A stretch of 64,000 nt of DNA from an uncultured Lachnospiraceae bacterium (GTDB lineage: Bacteria > Bacillota > Clostridia > Christensenellales > Pumilibacteraceae). A program made the translations under genes and the position numbers. Where the stretch lies: the NCBI GenBank assembly GCA_964591125.1, contig CAZQAC010000001.1, positions 24,674 to 88,673 of the forward strand, in the 5' to 3' direction. Positions within the stretch are counted from its first letter, which is position 1; each line of letters starts with the position of its first letter. Below the pieces are notes generated by a model. That model saw nothing but the letters and a program-made list of their open reading frames with translations, was not told where the DNA came from and made no database searches. Below, piece after piece: positions 17,491 to 25,791 of this stretch.

Positions 17491-18552
17491 TTATCCTCGC
17501 ACTTTACAAACATCTACTTTTGCAGGATAAATCACTTTATCGTCCGATTTGTACAAATCGGTATAAACCTTAACAATCTTTCCGTTCTTTTCTGCTTCGT
17601 CGGAAGAAATCGGAATAAACTTCATTATCCGATGCAGTTTCGGCTCATAAGTATCTCCCGCGGCAAGCGCGTGTTCTACAGTAACTTGGCATAAATTCAA
17701 AACCGTTTCGGTTTGATCTAAAACCATACGAAGAATGTTTTTATACATTTCCGTCAGTTCGGACAAATCCGCTTCGTCGGACCGAGCGACAATCGCGTCT
17801 ATATCGTTTTTTGTTTTAATATAATATCCTACAAGTTGTCTGATAACCGGATAAAGCACGACTTGCTGTATATTACGCTCGGTGAGCGAGGATAGCTTAA
17901 TATACTCCCCAACTACAATATCAAGCATCGCGTTATCTTTTAAAAGAGATTTTATTTCTTCCGTCTTTTTATCAAATAAAGAAATGACGTCGCTCTGAGA
18001 ATAGCTTACGTTTTCCGAAATAGGTGCGACGTCTTCGTTCTGGGTTTCAGGAATAGGAGCAGAAAACGGTTGCACTCCGACGATCTCCGTCGCATTTATA
18101 TCGACGCCGTTTAAAATAACGGAACTTTCATTTACTTCTACGCCGATATTTTGCAATAACATCTCGTATTCGTCGGGAATATACAACAAATATTTCACGA
18201 TAGATTCTTTTTTTAATTCATATTGACCTGCATCTCTTAACGATTTAGCGCAATCTTCACGAAAATTAATAATATTCTGCGCAATCGATTTAAACAACTG
18301 CTTGCTGTAATCGTTTCTGTATTTTTGCAATTCGCTGTTCATTTTATAAAGATTCGCGTCTTTTTCTTTTACGATTTTTATAACGTTGCGAATATTAACA
18401 AACCAACCGTTAATAAGCTTTGCGAGATCTTCGTTCGGTATTTGTTGCACGCAAGAAGAATTTTTTTCGACGTTTGCAGTTTCATTCGAATTTACCGAAT
18501 CTTTTTCGTTTAAATCAAGCGATTCCTCTTGATTGATATCCGTATTTTCCAT
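17491..18552 (-). CDS. GrpE-like nucleotide exchange factor with a long acidic/coiled-coil N-terminal extension; first gene of the operon
   Basis: RBS GGAGGA. The C-terminal segment GDTYEPKLHRIMKFIP...GKIVKVYTDLYKSDDKVIYPAKVDVCKV matches the GrpE beta-domain pattern (G..FDP..H.A...V...GY....V.RPA.V.V.K). Confidence 0.7.
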   Translation of the reverse strand: MENTDINQEESLDLNEKDSVNSNETANVEKNSSCVQQIPNEDLAKLINGWFVNIRNVIKIVKEKDANLYKMNSELQKYRNDYSKQLFKSIAQNIINFREDCAKSLRDAGQYELKKESIVKYLLYIPDEYEMLLQNIGVEVNESSVILNGVDINATEIVGVQPFSAPIPETQNEDVAPISENVSYSQSDVISLFDKKTEEIKSLLKDNAMLDIVVGEYIKLSSLTERNIQQVVLYPVIRQLVGYYIKTKNDIDAIVARSDEADLSELTEMYKNILRMVLDQTETVLNLCQVTVEHALAAGDTYEPKLHRIMKFIPISSDEAEKNGKIVKVYTDLYKSDDKVIYPAKVDVCKVRG

Positions 18553-18582
18553 TTATTCCTCCACAATAAACATAATCAAGTA

Positions 18583-18651
18583 AATAAATCGAAATAGATT
18601 TATTGTTTCCCCTTATAAGTTCACACAAATTTCAGCCGTTAATCTTATAAG
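18583..18651. promoter_or_regulatory. Candidate operators in the divergent promoter region between the operon and the XRE gene
   Basis: Perfect inverted repeat AATAAATC-N6-GATTTATT (18583-18604). Two copies of the palindrome CTTATAAG (18612-18619 and 18644-18651) lie 32 bp apart. An extended -10 TGTTATAAT for the minus-strand operon sits at 18659-18667. Confidence 0.3.
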
Positions 18652-18755
18652 CATAATAATTATAACACTAAAAGACTGACAAAGCAAGCTTTTAGGACTA
18701 ATTTTTCGACAAAATTTTCGTAAAATTAAAACTATAAGCATATTGGAGAAAAAAC

Positions 18756-19037
18756 ATGAACGTTGGCGACAGAATTAAAGAACTTAGAGAATGCGCAGGA
18801 TTTACACAAAACCGTCTAGCCGAATGGTCCGGCATTTCACAGACGCATTTACGTCGTGTAGAGTTAGGGCAACAAGATATAACCGTCGGTCAACTTCAAA
18901 TGGTGTGCGACGGATTGGGAATCACTCTCGCAGAATTTTTCGACGTAAGCGAAGAAAACGAAAATTTAGCGGACACCATTTCCAAATTGACACCGAAACA
19001 AAAACAACTTTTAATAGATTTTCTAAAAAGCATATAG
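18756..19037 (+). CDS. XRE-family helix-turn-helix transcriptional regulator (93 aa)
   Basis: IKELRECAGFTQNRLAEWSGISQTHLRRVELGQ is a typical Cro/C1-type HTH. RBS GGAGAA. Divergent from the 13-gene operon. Confidence 0.85.
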   Translation: MNVGDRIKELRECAGFTQNRLAEWSGISQTHLRRVELGQQDITVGQLQMVCDGLGITLAEFFDVSEENENLADTISKLTPKQKQLLIDFLKSI

Positions 19038-19291
19038 CCTTAAAAATCTATTGTTTATACATTCAAAGAACATTCAAAAGAAAAAAGCAGACAATACATA
19101 AAAATTTATTAAACTCCTTATTATCAAATAATCGTTTCAATTATCTTTCGGTAATATGCTTCAATCGATTGATTTTTCAACGCATGCCGTTTGCTTTTTA
19201 AAACCTCATACATGCGATTATGTTTTAAAATAAAAAAACAAACCGACGCGGATTACGTCAGAATGTTTTATTCTAAAATTATAATATTGAA

Positions 19292-20143
19292 TTATAGATT
19301 ATTAAACTGATTTTTTAAAAATCCTATTGCACCCTTAATATCTTCGAACGGATCGGGACCGGCTTCGCGCTCTATCGTCACATAACCGTCATAACCGATT
19401 TTTTTGAGTGCGCCGAGATACTCGTGCCAATTAACGTCGCCCTGTCCTATCGGCAATTCTATATAACTTTTATGTGCGCGTTCGGCAAGTTCTTTATCGT
19501 AGTGAGCATTGTGATAAACATCTTCGGGAGTAATCGATTTATCCAGTTTTTTACCGTCTTTTGCGTGAGTATGAACAATGTAATTGCTCAAAATTTCGAC
19601 CGCTTGTGCAGCGTCTTGTTCGGTAACCATCGTAAAATTAGCCGGATCGAGATTAACGCCTACGCCACCCTTCGTTTTGTCGAGGAAACCTTTCAATACG
19701 ACGGCGGTTTCGGGACCGGTTTCGATAGCTAAAGTAACGCCCTGACTCTTCGCATAAATTCCGCATTCGGTCAAAGCTTCGAGCATAACGCCATAGCGTT
19801 CGTTTTGAGGATCTTCGGGTATGCAACCTATATGGGTAGTAACGACGTTCGTTTCGAAGAAAACAGCCAAATCGATTATTCTTTTGGTCTTTTCGATGCG
19901 CAAAGCGTTATCTTCTTTCTTTTCGAATCCGGCACCGCCCATATCACCGCACAACGCGCTCACTTTCAATCCGTTATCGGCGATTATTTTTTTGAAATAT
20001 TTCTTTTTTTCAAGCGAAATATCCGGGCAAAAAACGCCGCTTGTAGCATAAATCTGCACTGCCGACACACCCAATTCCGCAGCTTTAACGATAGCCTGTT
20101 CGAGCGGAAGTTTCGTGCAATCGGTAATCAATCCCAATTTCAT
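19292..20143 (-). CDS. Sugar phosphate isomerase/epimerase (xylose isomerase-like TIM barrel)
   Basis: Start at ATG 20143 (MKLGLITD, RBS GGAGGA). Family-typical layout with HTH.KD and IE.E motifs. Confidence 0.75.
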   Translation of the reverse strand: MKLGLITDCTKLPLEQAIVKAAELGVSAVQIYATSGVFCPDISLEKKKYFKKIIADNGLKVSALCGDMGGAGFEKKEDNALRIEKTKRIIDLAVFFETNVVTTHIGCIPEDPQNERYGVMLEALTECGIYAKSQGVTLAIETGPETAVVLKGFLDKTKGGVGVNLDPANFTMVTEQDAAQAVEILSNYIVHTHAKDGKKLDKSITPEDVYHNAHYDKELAERAHKSYIELPIGQGDVNWHEYLGALKKIGYDGYVTIEREAGPDPFEDIKGAIGFLKNQFNNL

Positions 20144-20259
20144 TATTAAATTCCTCCGAAAAATATTCGATTTCTCCAACATCTTCAATAATAACATAAA
20201 AGCCGCATATTGTCAAGAATATACGACCTTTTATGTTTTATAAATATTTCATGTCCCTA

Positions 20260-20841
20260 TCAATCGGCGTTTTCTTCGGAAACTATAGTCGAATGTTCTT
20301 CGGAAGAAATCGATACGTTGAGCGAACGAGCGATTTTAAGATCGGCGTCTTCGTCGCAACCGACGGGCAAATCGACAATAATCGCGACATATGCGGCGGC
20401 TCCGACTTTCAGCGTTCCGGTCGAAATCTGCAACGCTGTTTCTCCGACAGAACCGAAGCTTTCGAATTCGCCGTTCTTTACAGCGTCCGAAACCAATTGA
20501 GGCGCGGTTAAAAATTCCGCTACGTAAACGTTCATGTTCTTTGTGTCTATTTCACTCGGCAAAGAATCAACCGAAACAGCCAATTCGTAATCGCAAATAA
20601 GCGATCCCGTGTTTTTTACTTGCAAAACGGCGACAAGCTCGTTTTTTCCGGACACGTAATAAAAATCGAAAATAGGCGTTTCGTCTTCTTTTTCGACATA
20701 ATCGCCGTTAACCAACGAAAACACCTCGACTTTTACTTTACCTTTCGGCGGCGTAGTCTGCTGCGGAGAATTATCGCACCCGACGACAAACAAAATTATT
20801 GCGGTTAAAAGAATATATAGAATTGTCGACGTCTTTTTCAA
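20260..20841 (-). CDS. Lipoprotein of unknown function
   Basis: Signal peptide with lipobox LFVVGC at the N-terminus. 193 aa. Confidence 0.7.
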   Translation of the reverse strand: MKKTSTILYILLTAIILFVVGCDNSPQQTTPPKGKVKVEVFSLVNGDYVEKEDETPIFDFYYVSGKNELVAVLQVKNTGSLICDYELAVSVDSLPSEIDTKNMNVYVAEFLTAPQLVSDAVKNGEFESFGSVGETALQISTGTLKVGAAAYVAIIVDLPVGCDEDADLKIARSLNVSISSEEHSTIVSEENAD

Positions 20842-20951
20842 AAACGCACCTCCGAATCCACAAACGCAGCTTCTACTGCAACGCGTTTGTTTTTATATAA
20901 TACCACCTCGTCGGCGTTTTGTCAACAATTTGAACAATCTGTCGGCGTTTT

Positions 20952-21713
20952 TTACTTGCCTATTTTATCGAAATCGAAAAAATAATCGACTTTTTCCAAT
21001 GTCAGCGCTTTCGCGGGCGCGGTTATTCCGGAATTATCTCGATGTCCGCATTTCATAATTTCGCACACGCGTTCGGGCGGTATCTCGCCTTTTCCGACCG
21101 CAATCACCGTGCCGGCGATTATACGCGCCATATTATACAAAAATCCGTCACCTGTCAGCGTTAATTCGTAAAAATCGCTTTGTCGCGCGACAAAAACTTC
21201 GTATAACGTTTTTATATCGCTCGAATTGCTGTCGCTTTTCGTTTTAAAAGAAGAAAAATCGTGTTTCCCTACAAACAGAGCGCAAGCTTGATTCATCTTA
21301 TCGAAATCCAATCGCCCCTTAACGAAATAACAATCGCGGTTAAGTAAAGGTTTAACGTGATCGCCGTCGTAAAACTTATAGGTATACGTTTTCTGTTTCA
21401 CGTCTTTCCGAGCATGAAACGACAACGGAACTTCCACGCTGTTTTGAGCCTGAATGTCCTTCGGTAAAAATCGATTAAGCTTAAAACAAACGCGTTCGGC
21501 GGGCAATTTCGTTTCGGCGTCGAAATGAAAATAGTAGTTTTTCGCGCTCACTCCTGCATCCGTTCGAGAACAACCCTCTGCCACGATTTCGCTACCGAAT
21601 AACGCATGCAACGCGCGTTCCGTTTCACCTTGTATCGTTTTGAATTTATCTAGACGTTGCCAGCCGGAATATGCTTTTCCGTTATATTGCAATTGCACTA
21701 AAAATCTTCTCAA
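20952..21713 (-). CDS. truA: tRNA pseudouridine(38-40) synthase TruA
   Basis: Begins with MRRFLVQLQYNGKAYSGWQR, followed by RTDAGVSA containing the catalytic Asp. Length (253 aa) fits TruA. Confidence 0.9.
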   Translation of the reverse strand: MRRFLVQLQYNGKAYSGWQRLDKFKTIQGETERALHALFGSEIVAEGCSRTDAGVSAKNYYFHFDAETKLPAERVCFKLNRFLPKDIQAQNSVEVPLSFHARKDVKQKTYTYKFYDGDHVKPLLNRDCYFVKGRLDFDKMNQACALFVGKHDFSSFKTKSDSNSSDIKTLYEVFVARQSDFYELTLTGDGFLYNMARIIAGTVIAVGKGEIPPERVCEIMKCGHRDNSGITAPAKALTLEKVDYFFDFDKIGK

Positions 21714-21734
21714 TCTTAATTATCTTCCCGAAAA

Positions 21735-23018
21735 TTATTTTGCAAGCGAATTGATATACTGCTTAAACTCTCCGAGCAAGCGATCGACAAGCGTCGCGTC
21801 CTCGCTTTCGACCATAACGCGCACTTTGGGTTCCGTTCCCGACATACGTACAATGATGCGTCCGTTCCCGGCAAGAAGCCGTTCGCTTTCGTCTATCATA
21901 TTAATCAAACCTTTATCGTATATAACAGACGGATCGGCATATTCGGCTATAGCTTTTTGCGGAACAAGCGTAAGCTTTTCCATTTTTCCGAGTTCACCGT
22001 TTTTGAATAACGCTTTAGTCAGAAACAACGCGCTCAAAATTCCGTCGCCCGTAGTAGCGGCAGGATAGACTATGTAATGCCCCGATTGTTCTCCGCCCAA
22101 ATTATATCCGTTTCTGTAAAGCAAATCGCATATATGTTTATCTCCGACGGGAGTACGAAGAAGTTTTTTTCCGTTCTGAAGTAATTTTTTCTCCAAAGCA
22201 AGATTATTGAGAATGGTTCCGACAACAACGTTGCCTTTTAGTTCTATGCTTTTGCTTATATTATAAAGAACAGTATCTCCGTCGATAACGTCGCCGTCCA
22301 TTACGACCGCTAATCTATCCGCGTCGCCGTCGAACGCAAATCCGAGTCGATAATCCGTACCCTCCATGCTTCTCAAAACGTAATCGGGATGCAGAGCTCC
22401 GCAACCGCTGTTTATTTTTTCGCCGCGTAAGGAACAATTATCGACTTTAACCTCGGCGCCAAGCGATTCGAAAACCTGTTTTGCAACCGGTGCCGAAGCC
22501 CCGTAAGCGCAATCGAGCCAAACTTTAAGTCCCGAAAAATCAGCGTCCACAGTCTTGGTCAAAAAATCTATATATTTCTTTTTCGCGCCCACGAATTCCA
22601 CCGTATCGCCCGATATTCCGTGATAAACAGGCGGATTATCGATATAATATTCGACGCTGTTTTCCTGTTCCTGAGTAAGTTTTACGCCGTTGCAGTCAAA
22701 CACTTTAATTCCGTTATATTCGGGCGGATTATGCGAAGCGCTTATCATTATGCCGCACTTTGCATTCGTCGCCACCGTAATATGCGCGACCGCGGGCGTA
22801 GGCAATATTCCTGACAAAACGGCGCGACCGCCCATTTCGTTTATCCCTTTTATAAGCGCAAGTTCGAGAGGCTTGCCCGAAACGCGAGTATCGCGTCCTA
22901 CAACATAATCGCCCTCACCGAAATACTGACAGAGCGCCTTGCCCGTCTTATACGCCAAATCGGCGTCCAATTTTTCTCCGTACTTGCCTCTGATTCCGTC
23001 TGTACCAAAATATTTCAT
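21735..23018 (-). CDS. glmM: Phosphoglucosamine mutase GlmM
   Basis: MKYFGTDGIRG N-terminus. Phosphoserine loop SASHNP. Start chosen at ATG 23018 (GGAG 9 nt upstream) within ORF 21735..23069. Confidence 0.92.
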   Translation of the reverse strand: MKYFGTDGIRGKYGEKLDADLAYKTGKALCQYFGEGDYVVGRDTRVSGKPLELALIKGINEMGGRAVLSGILPTPAVAHITVATNAKCGIMISASHNPPEYNGIKVFDCNGVKLTQEQENSVEYYIDNPPVYHGISGDTVEFVGAKKKYIDFLTKTVDADFSGLKVWLDCAYGASAPVAKQVFESLGAEVKVDNCSLRGEKINSGCGALHPDYVLRSMEGTDYRLGFAFDGDADRLAVVMDGDVIDGDTVLYNISKSIELKGNVVVGTILNNLALEKKLLQNGKKLLRTPVGDKHICDLLYRNGYNLGGEQSGHYIVYPAATTGDGILSALFLTKALFKNGELGKMEKLTLVPQKAIAEYADPSVIYDKGLINMIDESERLLAGNGRIIVRMSGTEPKVRVMVESEDATLVDRLLGEFKQYINSLAK

Positions 23019-23157
23019 AAATTTCATCTCCAACATTTTAATTAAATCACTTTTAAGCTTTATTGTCAACTTAATTTTCCCGATAACGCAAACTATTTGA
23101 CTTTTTCGTTCGAATATACTATAATCTTCGATATAATGCTCGCACTTCGTTTAATCT

Positions 23158-23823
23158 ATGCGAATTTTACATCGTATGTGCGAAAGGAGTATCGTTACGG
23201 ACGGAATAATCGCATTTTTACAACAAATATTGATAAATATATTTTACTATCCGTGGATAGTTGTTTTTTTGCTTGCCGCTTTACCTATAGTCGAAGCCCG
23301 ATTATCCATTCCGATGGCAATCTCGTACGGTTATAAAGGATGGACTCCTTTTCTGCTCGGATTCGCGGGTTCGACCGTAGTCGCGCCGTTTTTGCTGTTA
23401 CTTTTCATTCCGTTTATCAAATGGCTGAGCAAAACAAAACTATTTAAACGATTGGGCAATGTAATTTATGAAAAATTCGAACAAAAATCGAAATCGGTAG
23501 ACGCAAATGCTTCCGACATAAAAAAAATGTTAGGAATCTTTTTTTTCGTAGCAGTTCCGCTTCCGCTTACCGGAGTATGGACAGGTTGCGCCGTGGCGTC
23601 CATAATTAAGCTGAGTTACCCCAAAGCTTTGATAAGCATAACCGCGGGCAACGCCGTCGCATGCGCGATTATTTCGATATTGTGCGCACTTTTTCCACAG
23701 CGAATCATAAACTATATTATAACGGCAATAGGCATTATCGCAATAACGGTGGTTTTATTTATTCTTTATAAAGCTTTTTGGGGAAAATCGAATAAAAATA
23801 AAGAAAAAGATAACGCACGATAG
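23158..23823 (+). CDS. Small multidrug-export-like (COG2426/Sm_multidrug_ex-like) membrane protein
   Basis: The hydrophobic protein with ALPIVEARLSIPMAI and a C-terminal basic tail resembles this family from memory. The exact start is uncertain. Confidence 0.55.
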   Translation: MRILHRMCERSIVTDGIIAFLQQILINIFYYPWIVVFLLAALPIVEARLSIPMAISYGYKGWTPFLLGFAGSTVVAPFLLLLFIPFIKWLSKTKLFKRLGNVIYEKFEQKSKSVDANASDIKKMLGIFFFVAVPLPLTGVWTGCAVASIIKLSYPKALISITAGNAVACAIISILCALFPQRIINYIITAIGIIAITVVLFILYKAFWGKSNKNKEKDNAR

Positions 23824-23896
23824 ACGATATGCGACAAATCATTAAAAATAAATAAAAAACAAAAACATACCGATATTGGTTGGAGAGAAGAAATAT

Positions 23897-25705
23897 ATGT
23901 GTGGAATTGTTGGATATACAGGTAGCGAACAAGCCGCTTCCGTTCTTTTTGACGGACTCGAAAAACTCGAATACAGAGGGTACGACAGCAGCGGCATAGC
24001 CGTAATCGACAAAAAAATTAACGTAGTAAAAACCAAAGGAAGAATTTCTTGCCTTAAAAATTGCGTTAACCGAACGCAATCGGTCGGTACGACGGGAATC
24101 GGTCACACCAGATGGGCGACGCACGGCGTTCCGGCAGATAAAAACGCTCACCCGATGCTTTCGTTCGACGGTAAATTTGCGATTGTACATAACGGAATTA
24201 TCGAAAATTTCGAAATCATAAAAAAACAACTTACAGATAAAGGCATAGTTTTTTCGTCCGATACGGATACGGAAGCCATCGTTCACCTGCTCGCCGTCGA
24301 ATACGAAAAAAGCAAAAATATCTTGTCCTCGATCGTCGCGACCGTAAAAGTTCTGAAAGGTTCGTTCGCGCTCGGAATCATTTGCGAAGACGCGTCCGAA
24401 CGTATTTTTGCCGTAAAAAAAGACTCGCCGTTGATTATAGGTCTCGGGAACGACTGTAATATGATTGCGTCGGACATACCCGCACTCGGAAAAAGAACAA
24501 ACAGATTTATTCTTCCGAACGATTTCGACGTCATAGAATTATCGCCGAACAACGTTTCAATTTACGATTTAACGTTAAAAAAACTATCGCCCGAAATAAT
24601 CTTCGTATCGGACGGAATATGCGAAACGAATAAAAACGGATTCAAGCATTTTATGCTCAAAGAAATTTACGAGCAACCCGAAGCCGTTCGTAATCTCACG
24701 AACAACGATGAAGTTTACGACGATATAAGGAATTTTATTAAATCCGAATTTTCCGCTCTCCCGACAAAAATCGACGTCATAGGTTGCGGTTCTGCATATC
24801 ATGCCGCATTGACGGGAAAATACGTTATCGAAAAAACGGCTCGCATACCGGTCGAAGTTCATCTTGCCGGCGAATATCGATACAAACAACCGATAACGGG
24901 AAAAAACACGCTGTCGGTCATTATAAGCCAAAGCGGAGAAACGGCGGATTCGCTTGCAGCATTGAGAGAAGCAAAATCATTAAATTCACCCGTTTTGTCA
25001 ATAGTAAACAGTAAGTATTCTTCAATTGCGCGCGAAAGCGACGCCGTAATATATACGGCGGCAGGGCCCGAAATCGCCGTTGCGACAACCAAAGGCTATA
25101 CGACTCAATTAGCCGCATTGTTCATGTTGTGCGCCGTTATTACAGAATTTCAAGACAAAACAACAAGCATAGAAATTACGGCAAAAATAAAAAATCTCGA
25201 TAAATCGGTAAATCAAGCATTAAATTCGGTAAAACAAGCGCGCTTGACTGCAAAAAGACTAAAAAATCAAAGCAGCGTGTTTTTTATCGGACGAGGCACG
25301 GATTTCGCTCCGGCATATGAAGGAGCGTTAAAACTTAAAGAAATATCCTACATTCACGCCGAAGCTTACGCTGCTTCCGAACTTAAACACGGCACAATTT
25401 CGCTCATCGGCGACGGCACTCACGTAATCGCACTATCAACAGACGCCGAAATAGAAAACAAATTATTATCGAACATAAAAGAAGTAAAAGCTCGCGGTGC
25501 ATACGTAACCGTTATAACCGATTCGAACAATCGCGAATTCGAACTTAGTTGCGACGAAATTATAAAATTACCTAAATCCGACTCTTTGTTTTCGCCCGTC
25601 ATAATAGCTCCCGTTTTGCAGCTCATAAGCTATTATACCGCACTCGAACTCGGTTCCGACATAGATAAACCGCGCAATTTGGCAAAATCCGTTACAGTAG
25701 AATAA
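23897..25705 (+). CDS. glmS: Glutamine--fructose-6-phosphate aminotransferase GlmS
   Basis: MCGIVGY N-terminal nucleophile start at 23897 (RBS GGAGAG). Two SIS domains. C-terminal KSVTVE. Confidence 0.95.
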   Translation: MCGIVGYTGSEQAASVLFDGLEKLEYRGYDSSGIAVIDKKINVVKTKGRISCLKNCVNRTQSVGTTGIGHTRWATHGVPADKNAHPMLSFDGKFAIVHNGIIENFEIIKKQLTDKGIVFSSDTDTEAIVHLLAVEYEKSKNILSSIVATVKVLKGSFALGIICEDASERIFAVKKDSPLIIGLGNDCNMIASDIPALGKRTNRFILPNDFDVIELSPNNVSIYDLTLKKLSPEIIFVSDGICETNKNGFKHFMLKEIYEQPEAVRNLTNNDEVYDDIRNFIKSEFSALPTKIDVIGCGSAYHAALTGKYVIEKTARIPVEVHLAGEYRYKQPITGKNTLSVIISQSGETADSLAALREAKSLNSPVLSIVNSKYSSIARESDAVIYTAAGPEIAVATTKGYTTQLAALFMLCAVITEFQDKTTSIEITAKIKNLDKSVNQALNSVKQARLTAKRLKNQSSVFFIGRGTDFAPAYEGALKLKEISYIHAEAYAASELKHGTISLIGDGTHVIALSTDAEIENKLLSNIKEVKARGAYVTVITDSNNREFELSCDEIIKLPKSDSLFSPVIIAPVLQLISYYTALELGSDIDKPRNLAKSVTVE

Positions 25706-25791
25706 AGGCAAAATAATTTTTATTATTTTATTGACAACCTTCTGCGTTATATGTTAGAATTTAGTCATAAAACGCAATCGAGGGTGTAAAA

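Noticed and set aside
1623-18552. The operon as cargo of a prophage, ICE or transposon
   Set aside because: I see no integrase, transposase, recombinase, tRNA target or flanking direct/inverted repeats. Base composition looks like the rest of the window. It may still be accessory, but mobility is unsupported.
23824-23896. Possible glmS ribozyme upstream of glmS, as found in many Firmicutes
   Set aside because: Only 73 nt separate the upstream stop from the glmS ATG, and the tract is A-rich and unstructured. The ribozyme core needs roughly 150 nt or more of structured RNA. An Rfam scan would settle this.
23759-24286. 175-aa minus-strand ORF overlapping the 5' end of glmS
   Set aside because: It is antisense to glmS (MCGIVGY start, SIS domains). 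Its translation has no motif and overlaps two real genes.
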